From an uncultured Candidatus Saccharibacteria bacterium (GTDB lineage: Bacteria > Patescibacteriota > Dojkabacteria > SC72): a DNA stretch of 58,705 bases. Positions 45,792 through 54,435 of the stretch are shown one piece after another. The notes below the pieces were generated by a model. That model had not been told where the DNA came from and ran no database searches. It saw nothing but the letters and a program-made list of their open reading frames with translations. Where the stretch lies: positions 1 through 58,705 of the forward strand of contig CAZVQY010000001.1 of the NCBI GenBank assembly GCA_964629715.1. Reading direction: 5' to 3'. Positions within the stretch are counted from its first letter, which is position 1, and the number at the start of each line of letters is the position of its first letter. The position numbers and the translations under genes are program-made.

Positions 45792-47195
45792 CTAGAGATT
45801 CAGGATATCCTTGACTGTAATGATTTCTAATATACTATCTGAGTCTTTATTTTTAATAGAGCTACCGCTAATTATAGCGATTTTATCTAATAAATCCAAC
45901 TCCCCATTACCGTAAACCTTTTCGACGGCTAGAATGACATTGGTATCTCTATCATCAGATAGTTCCTTTATGTGGAAGGTCTTTATTCCACGATATATGA
46001 CATTCGATCTGATATTCTCAATAGAACTACTTACCACATATATTGGGACATTAGGTCTATGTCTACTAACACTGCCAACCATACCTGCAGAGTCTGACAT
46101 TATGATAATTGCCTTAAGTCCAATATCCTCGGTGAGTTTACATACAGTATATCCCATAATGTCGCCATCCTTCCCTATCGAAGTGTCTCCATCTATAGGA
46201 GAAAGTCTCATGATGCTTTCTGCTTTCATTGCAATACGATTCATTGTATAAACAGCCTCTACAGGGTTTTTGCCAGTAGATGTTTCGGCTGAAAGCATAA
46301 GGCAATCTGCTCCATCCATAACTGCATTTGCTACATCGCTAACTTCTGCTCTTGTTGGTCTATTGTTTCCAGTCATTGATTCAAGCATCTGTGTGGCAAC
46401 GATCACTGGTTTTCCTGACTTCCTACATTGGAATATTAACTGTTTTTGAATCAGTGGGACATCTTCCAATTCCATTTCTACTCCCATATCCCCTCTTGCA
46501 ATCATTACTGCATCTGCCTCTTTAAGTATTTCCTCAAAGTTCAGCACCCCTTGTTCATTTTCTATCTTAGCGATAATCTTGGTGTTGTTTTTTCCAATCA
46601 ATTTCCTTATAGATATAATATCATCCTTATTTCTGACAAAAGATGCACTAACGAAATCAAAATCATTGTTCGCAGCAAATATGACATCCTTTTTATCTTT
46701 CTCCGTTAACGCTGGGAATTTAAGATTTACGGAGGGGATGCTTACAGTCTTATTCGGTTTAAGGATTCCCCCATGTATTACATCACATATTACATCGTTA
46801 CCTTTAATCTGTCTTACCAATAATTGGATATTCCCATCATCAAGAAGTATTTTTGTCCCAATAACAACATCTTCATCAAGGGTAGGATATGTGACTTTAA
46901 TAACATGAGGATTTGGGTTGTCAGCAGAAGATAGAACAAGTGTATCCCTCACTTCAATCGCTTTATTCAGACCTCTTACTCTTATCTTTGAACCTTGCGT
47001 ATCAAGTATTGTAGCTATTCTTGGAGAAATTCTTCTAAGTTGAGCTGACACCCTACTTAGTTCTTCTTCGTCTGCGAATGAAGCATTAATCCTTGCAAGT
47101 CGCATCCCTCCTTCATACATTCTCTCAAGAATACTATCCTCCCATGTGGATGGGCCAATCGTAGCAATGATTTTTGTTCTTGCAACATTCTTCAT
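45792..47195 (-). CDS. pyk: pyruvate kinase
   Basis: Motifs include KIIATIGPS, MRLARINASF, MIARGDMGVE, VIVATQMLESM and MLSAETSTG. Confidence 0.93.
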   Translation of the reverse strand: MKNVARTKIIATIGPSTWEDSILERMYEGGMRLARINASFADEEELSRVSAQLRRISPRIATILDTQGSKIRVRGLNKAIEVRDTLVLSSADNPNPHVIKVTYPTLDEDVVIGTKILLDDGNIQLLVRQIKGNDVICDVIHGGILKPNKTVSIPSVNLKFPALTEKDKKDVIFAANNDFDFVSASFVRNKDDIISIRKLIGKNNTKIIAKIENEQGVLNFEEILKEADAVMIARGDMGVEMELEDVPLIQKQLIFQCRKSGKPVIVATQMLESMTGNNRPTRAEVSDVANAVMDGADCLMLSAETSTGKNPVEAVYTMNRIAMKAESIMRLSPIDGDTSIGKDGDIMGYTVCKLTEDIGLKAIIIMSDSAGMVGSVSRHRPNVPIYVVSSSIENIRSNVIYRGIKTFHIKELSDDRDTNVILAVEKVYGNGELDLLDKIAIISGSSIKNKDSDSILEIITVKDILNL

Positions 47196-47281
47196 ATGGG
47201 CAGTCTTTGTTAAGTATACAGCATTGTAATAATTTATGTAATCTAGTATCCTAAAAATATGTAAATTACTGTATTATAATA

Positions 47282-47689
47282 ATGAAAGAAGGAACAAAAT
47301 TAGCTCTAGTTGGAATGCTCTCAATGTTCTTTGTTGTAAGCATCTTTAATGAAGCATTTCACCTGCCTGTATCATTCTTATATTTATTATTGTCATTACT
47401 TGCTGGGGGATTAGCTTTGCTTATTTCTTGCCCCTTGCTAAATTTCCTAACGATAAAGTGCAATTTCATTACTTTTCTTTTGATGGGTACTTTGCTTCTT
47501 ACAGGTGTGATTTATCTGTTGAACCTAGTAATGGTTGATTTTAATGTGAATGAGTTTGTATTTAGTGGAATAGCGTTTGGGAATATTAAGATTAGCGAAT
47601 TTGAAGTAATCCCAATTATATCAATCTCCATTGCCTCCCTTTTAACTTCATTTATAACTGCGATATATAAGGAGTTGGATAGGAAGTAA
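47282..47689 (+). CDS. small integral membrane protein (4 TM), possibly DUF360/holin-4-like
   Basis: The 135-aa protein has four hydrophobic segments. The family assignment rests only on general topology and is tentative. Confidence 0.5.
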   Translation: MKEGTKLALVGMLSMFFVVSIFNEAFHLPVSFLYLLLSLLAGGLALLISCPLLNFLTIKCNFITFLLMGTLLLTGVIYLLNLVMVDFNVNEFVFSGIAFGNIKISEFEVIPIISISIASLLTSFITAIYKELDRK

Positions 47690-47718
47690 AAATTCTTAAT
47701 TTAGTGTATAATCCATCC

Positions 47719-47949
47719 ATGGATACAACAAAAATATTATCAATTGTTCAAATAGTAGTATGTGTATTACTAGTAATAAGTATACTTCTTCAAAACCGAG
47801 CTGAAGGTCTAGGGCAGATGTTTGGTGGAGGTGGTGAAATTTTTAGAACTAAGAGAGGTTTGGAAAAATTCCTTTACTACTTTACAGTAGCTTTAATTGC
47901 TTTGTTAGTCATTTCCTCGATGGTAATCTTGAAGCTTTCCTCAAAGTAG
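47719..47949 (+). CDS. secG: preprotein translocase subunit SecG
   Basis: Two TM helices flank LLQNRAEGLGQMFGGGGEIF, the typical SecG glycine-rich loop. The track start is GTG 47704. Confidence 0.8.
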   Translation: MDTTKILSIVQIVVCVLLVISILLQNRAEGLGQMFGGGGEIFRTKRGLEKFLYYFTVALIALLVISSMVILKLSSK

Positions 47950-47967
47950 ATAATCTACTGATATTTT

Positions 47968-49734
47968 ATGAAAAAGAAGAAACAAGAGAAAGTTCTAGAT
48001 AACCCGATGAAAAGTGCTCTTGATGATTTGAATGTAAGAGTCTCTGTAGAATCGACGAAAAAAAGGTACTCTATTAAAGATGCAATCTGGAATTACCCTA
48101 ATATATTGTATGTTTTGTACAAGAAGTTTATCCCTCTAAGTTATATTGTTATTTTTGTTTTAATTGCTTTGATTTTTGTATGGTTTATTGGTTCATCATC
48201 TCTCCCAAGAATTGGTGGTACGAACAAAAAGAAGGATACTTTTGTTGAGGGATTAGTTGGTTCTGTCAACTCCCTGAATCCCCTTTTTGTGACAAATAAC
48301 TTTTCTGATAGAGCAATACAGAATCTAGTTTTTCAGAAATTTATTAATATTGATAAAGAAGGAAATCCTACGCCAGGTGTGGCAGAGAGTTGGGTGAGTA
48401 GTAGCAACGGTTTGGTTGTTGACTTTAAGATAGGTCATGAATTCAAATGGAGTGATGGTTCGGGGTTGACAATAGATGATGTCATCTTTACTTTCAATAC
48501 GGCTATTAAATTATCTGAAGAGAGTGACTTTGATTCTGTAGGGGAAGCATTCATAGGTGTTGAGATTGAAAGGGTAGATAATACAACTCTAAGATTTAGA
48601 CTAAAGGAGAGTAATCCTGTATTTTTCAAAGCGATTTCTATATATATAGTTCCTAAATCAAGATTAGGGGATGTATCGATTGCTAGGATGGCATTTGATC
48701 AATTCTCGAAGAATCCTATGGGGAGTGGAAAGTACTTTGTTAGGAAAATAGATGAACATGAGGTATCACTTGAGGATAACCCATATGATTCTTTTACTCC
48801 TGAGATAAAAAAAATAGAATTTAACATCTTTCCCACATTGGATGCTCAACAGATGGCTTTTAGAGTTGGAGCGTTGGATGCTGTGGGAGGTTGGGATAGA
48901 GAGTTGCTCGAGTATACGAATGAGTATCAGAACTATACAAAATATGACATGGTAATTAGGGATAGAGAGAAACTTATATTTTTTAATACTCGTAAAGATT
49001 CTCTGAAGGACAAGAGTATTCGAAAAGCTCTGAATTATCTTTTGGATAAAGAGACTTTTATGAAGGATCTTAGTGCTGGTGGAGAGCTTTTGTATGGGCC
49101 ACTTCCAGAATCATCTTGGGCATATAGTAGCGATTTTGAGAAATATATCTATAATCCAAAGAAAGCAGAAGAGATTCTTAAAAATCTAGGGTATTCCCTT
49201 AATAGTGATAGTGGGTATTTTGAGACGAAGAATAATGAGATTCTTAATTTTACAATTAGCTTTTTTAATACGCCGACAAATATCAGAATTATAGACTTGT
49301 TAGTGGAATTCTATAAAAACGAGGGAGTGTTCATAAAACCTGAGCTCGTTGAATACGATCAGATTACTCAAGAGATTATTGCAACAAGGAATTTTGAATT
49401 GCTCCTATATGAGGTTGAGACTGCAATAGATCCTGATCAATATAATTTATGGCATTCGCTTAAGATTAATTACCCAGATCTGAATCTCTCTGGGTATAGT
49501 TATGAAAGAGTTGATATACTTCTTGAACAAGCGAGGCAGACAACTAACAAAGAAACTAGGAAGCAGAGGTATGCTTTGTTCCAGAAATATCTGAATGCTG
49601 ACAGTCCTGTAATATATTTGTATAACCCTTCCTTTGAATATATTGTGGATTCAAGCTTAAAAGGCATTGACTTGGAATTGATAAACAATTCATATGAGAG
49701 ATTCCATAATATTGAGGATTGGTATTGGGAATAA
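47968..49734 (+). CDS. ABC transporter substrate-binding protein, family 5 (peptide/nickel type), membrane anchored
   Basis: An N-terminal TM anchor is followed by PTPGVAESWVSSSNGLVVDFKIGHEFKWSDGSGLTIDDVIFTF, typical of the SBP_bac_5 fold. No permease or ATPase genes are adjacent. Confidence 0.8.
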   Translation: MKKKKQEKVLDNPMKSALDDLNVRVSVESTKKRYSIKDAIWNYPNILYVLYKKFIPLSYIVIFVLIALIFVWFIGSSSLPRIGGTNKKKDTFVEGLVGSVNSLNPLFVTNNFSDRAIQNLVFQKFINIDKEGNPTPGVAESWVSSSNGLVVDFKIGHEFKWSDGSGLTIDDVIFTFNTAIKLSEESDFDSVGEAFIGVEIERVDNTTLRFRLKESNPVFFKAISIYIVPKSRLGDVSIARMAFDQFSKNPMGSGKYFVRKIDEHEVSLEDNPYDSFTPEIKKIEFNIFPTLDAQQMAFRVGALDAVGGWDRELLEYTNEYQNYTKYDMVIRDREKLIFFNTRKDSLKDKSIRKALNYLLDKETFMKDLSAGGELLYGPLPESSWAYSSDFEKYIYNPKKAEEILKNLGYSLNSDSGYFETKNNEILNFTISFFNTPTNIRIIDLLVEFYKNEGVFIKPELVEYDQITQEIIATRNFELLLYEVETAIDPDQYNLWHSLKINYPDLNLSGYSYERVDILLEQARQTTNKETRKQRYALFQKYLNADSPVIYLYNPSFEYIVDSSLKGIDLELINNSYERFHNIEDWYWE

Positions 49735-49817
49735 TGCCAAGGGGGGGATTTGAACCCCCACCCTATTGCTAGGACTACGTTCTGAACGTAGCGTGTCTGC
49801 CATTTCACCACCCTGGC
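49735..49817 (-). tRNA. tRNA-Leu (anticodon CAG), long variable arm, no encoded CCA
   Basis: The reverse complement reads GCCAGGG..CTACG-TTCAGAA-CGTAG-(variable arm)-GGGGG-TTCAAAT-CCCCC-CCTTGGC-A. Confidence 0.85.
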
Positions 49818-49821
49818 AACA

Positions 49822-50946
49822 TTATTTTTTTGAAGTTAATGATACCGTTACCTTCTTTTCGTTTCCCTTCTCATCGTCAGGGTCTTCATTTTTAAAATTC
49901 TTAAGGAAGTCTATCTTTGTTATAATTTTTTCATCCCCTTTTTCTTTTAAACCTTTTACCTCGTTTATTACAATTGGTTCCTGTTCTACTTCCTCCTCAA
50001 TTGAGTCGTTTTTATTCTCATCAAAGGGGATACCTTTGCTTATCAGTTTGTCTCTTAGTGTTAGCCCATTTGCTTCAGGGTCTTTAGGCTTCTCAAGAGA
50101 CTTTGAGACTACACTTACTTCCTTATTCTCTTTTCTTTTATGTGAGATATTCCCAAGGAGCAGGCCTAAAAGAGATCCAAGAACAAACAATGAAGCGAAA
50201 GTGACAACTAAATCTGGATTCTCTTTCGCAATCTCCTCTGCTTTGTTAATTTCAATACTATTGAAAGCAAAATGGATTTTTTGTTTAGTATCATCAACAA
50301 ATACATCCTTGTCACCATTGGATATGTCAAGTGTCATTGCTTGTGCGAGATTACTTGCATAACCATACTTTCGGACTAGTGCGGTAAAAGAATAAAGTCC
50401 TGTTGGGATATTGTCTGTTATTTCTATCTCCCATTTTCCATCTTGATCTGCATCTGTAGTTTTAGTAATCATTTTTTGATCAGTACTCAATAGCAAAACC
50501 ACTTCCGAACCAGACAGTGCAGAACCTCCGAAAATTATTTTAGATGCCTCTACTGAAGGTGTATTTAAAATTGGGGCTCTAGGTATTACAATAATTTCTT
50601 TCTCTATTGTTTGAGTAGCTGCATACTTATCAACGAATTTGAATTTTAACTGATGGTCACCAATACTTAATGCAGGGAATGTGTAAGGACTTTTGATTGT
50701 AAGATATCCTTTTTTGTCAATCTCCAGTTGGACACCTTCTTTGTTTGTTGAGGGATCTGAGAATGTTATTATCAAACTCGGATTGTCAGTTATCTTTGGT
50801 AATTCCAAATCCAGTTGTTGTATGGGAGAGGAAATGTTTTCCTCGGCCTTCAGATCATTTGCTTCTTCTTGGGCAAAGGAGGTAAAGGGAAAGAAAAATA
50901 GTGATAAAAGTATAAATGTGAATATGTTTTTCTTAAGTATATTCAT
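49822..50946 (-). CDS. bitopic envelope protein: signal peptide, Ig-like ectodomains, TM helix, charged cytoplasmic tail
   Basis: The start is taken at MNILKKNIFTFILLSLFFFPFTSFAQEE (ATG 50946), which removes the overlap with def. The Ig-like module reads GGSALSGSEVVLL..DADQDGKWEI. The TM segment is VVTFASLFVLGSLLGLLLG, followed by a 120-aa K/E-rich tail. Confidence 0.7.
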   Translation of the reverse strand: MNILKKNIFTFILLSLFFFPFTSFAQEEANDLKAEENISSPIQQLDLELPKITDNPSLIITFSDPSTNKEGVQLEIDKKGYLTIKSPYTFPALSIGDHQLKFKFVDKYAATQTIEKEIIVIPRAPILNTPSVEASKIIFGGSALSGSEVVLLLSTDQKMITKTTDADQDGKWEIEITDNIPTGLYSFTALVRKYGYASNLAQAMTLDISNGDKDVFVDDTKQKIHFAFNSIEINKAEEIAKENPDLVVTFASLFVLGSLLGLLLGNISHKRKENKEVSVVSKSLEKPKDPEANGLTLRDKLISKGIPFDENKNDSIEEEVEQEPIVINEVKGLKEKGDEKIITKIDFLKNFKNEDPDDEKGNEKKVTVSLTSKK

Positions 50947-50971
50947 TCTAGGCAGGTTCAACAAAATTAAA

Positions 50972-51445
50972 TTAAATTCTATCAATAAATAGTATACCAT
51001 CTAAATGATCTATTTCGTGTTGTATCGTAATTGCGTTCAAATCGTTGTATTTTTCAATATGCCAGTTGCCCTCCTGATCTTGATATCTTACTCTTACTTT
51101 CTTATATCTTAGAACTTTCTCTTCACGGTTAGGTACACTTAAGCAGGACTCCTCTCCCATGCTTTTTAAAAAACCAATGGGTTCAACCTCAGGGTTAATA
51201 AATAGTTTCCATTCATCGGTATCATAATCAAGGATGTAAAAAATCCTTTTGTTCAAGCCTACCTGAGGTGATGCTAGTCCTCCTGCAGGTTCTTCACTCT
51301 CTTTCGCAGTCTGAAGAAGGTCGGACAAAAATTTCTTAAGACCACTAGAATTAAATTCCTCCTGTCCCACAGGAATACTTGGAGTTCTTAATGAATCTTC
51401 ATCAATTTTCTTGTCAATTTTGAGTATTCTTAAAGCTTTTGCCAT
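50972..51445 (-). CDS. def: peptide deformylase
   Basis: The three PDF motifs are present: GLASPQVG, EESCLSVP and HEIDHLDG. Confidence 0.92.
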   Translation of the reverse strand: MAKALRILKIDKKIDEDSLRTPSIPVGQEEFNSSGLKKFLSDLLQTAKESEEPAGGLASPQVGLNKRIFYILDYDTDEWKLFINPEVEPIGFLKSMGEESCLSVPNREEKVLRYKKVRVRYQDQEGNWHIEKYNDLNAITIQHEIDHLDGILFIDRI

Positions 51446-51508
51446 TGGGAAAGTATATCATATTTAGATGTGAAGATTTTGTAATATGAGTTGAGATAAA
51501 ATGATTGA

Positions 51509-52612
51509 ATGAAAGTAATCAAGGAAAGTGATTTTGAGGAATCTCTAGACAAATATACTTTTAAAGTTGTAAGGGATATGTCATTATGCTCGTTATTTCT
51601 CTCGATTTTGAGTATGTTCCTGTTTGTTTTGGACATCGACGATTACTATTATTTTTTCAGTTTAGGTTTTTATTTTCTTGCTTTGATTCTATTTTTTATC
51701 ATTGAGCGTAAGTGGAATCATAGACGGTTATTACTTCGGGTATCTGCACTCTCAAGCCCTATTTGGCTTTTACTGTTATTATTGTTGGACGATTTTGTCC
51801 TATCTGTTAAACCTTTGTTATATCCCTACCTTCTTTTTCTCCTACTTGAGGTTATACAAATGGGAATATTACTCAAAGAATATATAAATCAAATTTTTCG
51901 GAAACAGGAGGAGTACCTGCTTGTAGCAAGTTTTGAAAATCGCAATAAGCTCTTAGGAAAGGTCTCAAGATCTCTAATACATGATATTGCAACACCCGTG
52001 AGCATACTATCTGGCACGTCGCAGCTACTCGAAAGGAGGTTTATTGATGAAAGTGAATATGAAGATCTAATAGGGAATCTTAGGATAGCTGTTAACCAGA
52101 TTGAAGCGATAATTGATAGCACAGATTTCTTGATGAAGAAAGAATCTTCATATGAGTATTTCCTATTTAACGAATGTATTGACGAAGTTGTATCGTTAAT
52201 GAAGAGTAGAATTAATAGTGCTGAGATAATTGTAGAATTGAACTACAAAACCAAGGAAATGATTTATGGTGATAAGAATATTTTTTTAAGAATCTTTCTG
52301 AATATTTTTCTTAATGCGATTGAGGAATTAGAAAAAAGAACAAGAGAAGTTCGAAAGATATCAATAAAGACATCTCAAACACCAAAATATCTTTGTGTGA
52401 GTGTATGTGATAATGGAGATGGATTAGACCTAGGTGTACTGATAATTTTAAATAGCGAAGACTTTATAATATCTGAAAAAAACAATGATATGGGTACGGG
52501 TTTGAAATTTGTTAAGTATTGCATGAAGGAGACTTTTGGAGGATATCTTACGATTAACTATAATGAGATGAAAAAGGAAAATAGTATTAAATTATATTTT
52601 CCTAGAATTTAA
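51509..52612 (+). CDS. sensor histidine kinase, intramembrane-sensing type (no extracytoplasmic domain)
   Basis: Four closely spaced TM helices are followed directly by the H box SLIHDIATPVS. The N box is FLNIFLNAIEE, G1 is CDNGDGL and G2 is GTGLKFV. Confidence 0.85.
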   Translation: MKVIKESDFEESLDKYTFKVVRDMSLCSLFLSILSMFLFVLDIDDYYYFFSLGFYFLALILFFIIERKWNHRRLLLRVSALSSPIWLLLLLLLDDFVLSVKPLLYPYLLFLLLEVIQMGILLKEYINQIFRKQEEYLLVASFENRNKLLGKVSRSLIHDIATPVSILSGTSQLLERRFIDESEYEDLIGNLRIAVNQIEAIIDSTDFLMKKESSYEYFLFNECIDEVVSLMKSRINSAEIIVELNYKTKEMIYGDKNIFLRIFLNIFLNAIEELEKRTREVRKISIKTSQTPKYLCVSVCDNGDGLDLGVLIILNSEDFIISEKNNDMGTGLKFVKYCMKETFGGYLTINYNEMKKENSIKLYFPRI

Positions 52613-53272
52613 TATCCTGTATCCTCTTCCATTTACGGTCTCGATTATTGCCTCCCTATTTGGATATCCAAATTTCTTTCGTAATCGACATATTAGTGTG
52701 TCCACACTATGTTCTGTTTTCTCATTCGTGTCTAGATTTAATCTCCTAAGGATACTTTCTCTGGAGCATAGATTTCCATTAGCTTCAATAAGAAAAGTAA
52801 GACATCTAACCTCATTCTTCGTTAATAAAGTGGTAATGTGATTCTTACTTATGGTACCAATATCACAATCAATTTTTATGCCCTTCATTTCGATAACATT
52901 TCTTTTGTTCCTTGGAGCAAGATTCCTTATTTGAGCTTCTAATAATCGAAATTCCAATGGCTTCTTATGAAAAATAATTGCTCCTTTGTTATATATTGCA
53001 ATTTCATTATTTATATCCTTTGGGCCTGATATTGCAATAATTGGTAGTTTTGAGTTTATTTCATTTACCCTGTCGATTACTGTAAGACCACTAATATCTG
53101 GAAGTCCAATATCTATTATTGCTAAGGAGAGATTTTCTGCTAAAGCGGTTTCTATGGCATCTTTTCCATTATAAGTGCAAATTGTACGATATCCCATCCT
53201 TCTGAGAAGAGTGTCCACAACATATACCAAGCCTTTACTATCATCCGCAATTAGTATCTTTCTACTGTGCAT
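52592..53272 (-). CDS. OmpR-family response regulator
   Basis: The receiver is canonical: ILIADD, acceptor AIIDIGLPD, AISG and HKKP. The winged-helix output reads LTKNEVRCLTFL..TVNGRGYRI. The start is taken at ATG 53272 (MHSRKILIADD). The 3' end overlaps the kinase gene by 21 nt. Confidence 0.88.
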   Translation of the reverse strand: MHSRKILIADDSKGLVYVVDTLLRRMGYRTICTYNGKDAIETALAENLSLAIIDIGLPDISGLTVIDRVNEINSKLPIIAISGPKDINNEIAIYNKGAIIFHKKPLEFRLLEAQIRNLAPRNKRNVIEMKGIKIDCDIGTISKNHITTLLTKNEVRCLTFLIEANGNLCSRESILRRLNLDTNEKTEHSVDTLICRLRKKFGYPNREAIIETVNGRGYRILNSRKI

Positions 53273-53312
53273 GTAATAATATACACCTCTGAATGTTACA
53301 TAATTGTTACAA

Positions 53313-53435
53313 TTACTCCTCTTCTTCTCCTGAACTATCATCCTTCTTATCGTTTCGGGGAATGAGTATTGAGATTATTCGGAGTGCAAGAAGTGTAATT
53401 GGAAAAATAATTACTAATAATAGATAGTAATACAT
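53313..53435 (-). CDS. possible 40-aa membrane peptide (speculative)
   Basis: Hand translation gives MYYYLLLVIIFPITLLALRIISILIPRNDKKDDSSGEEEE, with one TM helix and an acidic tail. It has the same orientation as the flanking genes. No Shine-Dalgarno sequence is visible. Confidence 0.25.
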   Translation of the reverse strand: MYYYLLLVIIFPITLLALRIISILIPRNDKKDDSSGEEEE

Positions 53436-53479
53436 TAGATTAAACGATAATAATTATTTTCTCTCCCATATAATATTTC

Positions 53480-53839
53480 TCATTGTATTTTTTTATCATT
53501 TTCCTCCTTCTTCACTTTTCTTTTGCTGTTTCGAGAGAAAAGGAAAAGAGCAACTAGAAAAATGAGTGAGGAAAGAAGAGCAAGGTAGAAACTAAATGGA
53601 TCGCCTGCTAGCCCAAATCTATTTGCAATCACGCTAGATTGAGAAAGAATTGAAACAATTACCCAAAAAACCATAATTAGATTTATAAGGGCTAGTTGAT
53701 TGACTTTCACTTTTTTGTTGAGGAATATTAGTGCAATGAAATTTAGTAATATTGTAACTGATAGAATAATTAATGGACCTCTGAGATTAGTGAAAATTAA
53801 AATTGTTTCAGCTGGTTGTGTGCCCATAGGTAGAATCAA
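53480..53839 (-). CDS. integral membrane protein of unknown function (119 aa, 3-4 TM)
   Basis: The hydrophobic segments are followed by a lysine-rich tail. The gene starts 13 nt after the queH stop. Confidence 0.6.
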   Translation of the reverse strand: MILPMGTQPAETILIFTNLRGPLIILSVTILLNFIALIFLNKKVKVNQLALINLIMVFWVIVSILSQSSVIANRFGLAGDPFSFYLALLSSLIFLVALFLFSRNSKRKVKKEENDKKIQ

Positions 53840-53852
53840 TTAAATACTCATC

Positions 53853-54395
53853 CTATTCTATCATCTTTTCAGTTAGCGAGAAACAACACCCGCAGTAATT
53901 TTGCTTATAAAAACCGCTGTGCTTTTTATTGGAGTGGGAATCAATTTGTACAATATTTATGTTATATCTCCTTGCTAACTCTTCTAATGTTTCAAGGATA
54001 GTATCTCTTTCTTGATAATGACTAGTAAGGAGTGTAGTTGTTATATTCTCTATTTGGTTCTCCTGTGCATATGTTAATGAATATCCTAATCTAATCTCCC
54101 AACATCTCTTGCATCGTTGACCTTGTACTATACTTCCCTTCATTATCTCCTTGATATATTCTTTTGGAGAGTAGTCAGGGATAACAAGTTTCGAGGTGAA
54201 TTTCTTCTCAATTTTGGGGAAAATCCTTTGTACTGCTTTTAGTCTCTCAATATATTCTGCTCTTGGGTGAATATTTGGATTAAAGAATAATATTGTTAAT
54301 TCAGTTTCTTCGGATATAATATTTTTTTCTTCCAGATTTGCAATCGCATTTAGAAGGCAATCTGCACAGCATGTGTGAATTAATATGTTCTTCAT
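53853..54395 (-). CDS. queH: epoxyqueuosine reductase QueH (DUF208)
   Basis: Motifs include LIHTCCADC, FFNPNIHP, GQRCKRCWEIRL, TTTLLTS and the C-terminal YKQNYCGCCFS. The start is taken at ATG 54395. Confidence 0.8.
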   Translation of the reverse strand: MKNILIHTCCADCLLNAIANLEEKNIISEETELTILFFNPNIHPRAEYIERLKAVQRIFPKIEKKFTSKLVIPDYSPKEYIKEIMKGSIVQGQRCKRCWEIRLGYSLTYAQENQIENITTTLLTSHYQERDTILETLEELARRYNINIVQIDSHSNKKHSGFYKQNYCGCCFSLTEKMIE

Positions 54396-54435
54396 AATTG
54401 ATTTTATCACAATATACATGGTAATATTCCTAGCG

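Noticed and set aside
49766-50362. A 198-aa ORF on the plus strand. Other long antisense ORFs are similar, for example 8008..8553, 4816..5340, 22746..23279, 40559..41059, 25864..26364, 16944..17402, 18812..19273 and 12687..13049.
   Set aside because: All lie antisense to well-supported conserved genes. Their translations are low-complexity and rich in S, F, L and I, as expected from the complement of K/E/N-rich codons. None has recognisable motifs. They are treated as frame artefacts.
54385-54435. Overlap of the long forms of the queH and ABC ATPase ORFs at their divergent 5' ends.
   Set aside because: The internal ATGs at 54395 (queH, MKNILIHTCC) and 54436 (ATPase, MAAYSIHIKNF) match family-typical N-termini. 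They leave a 40-bp divergent promoter region.
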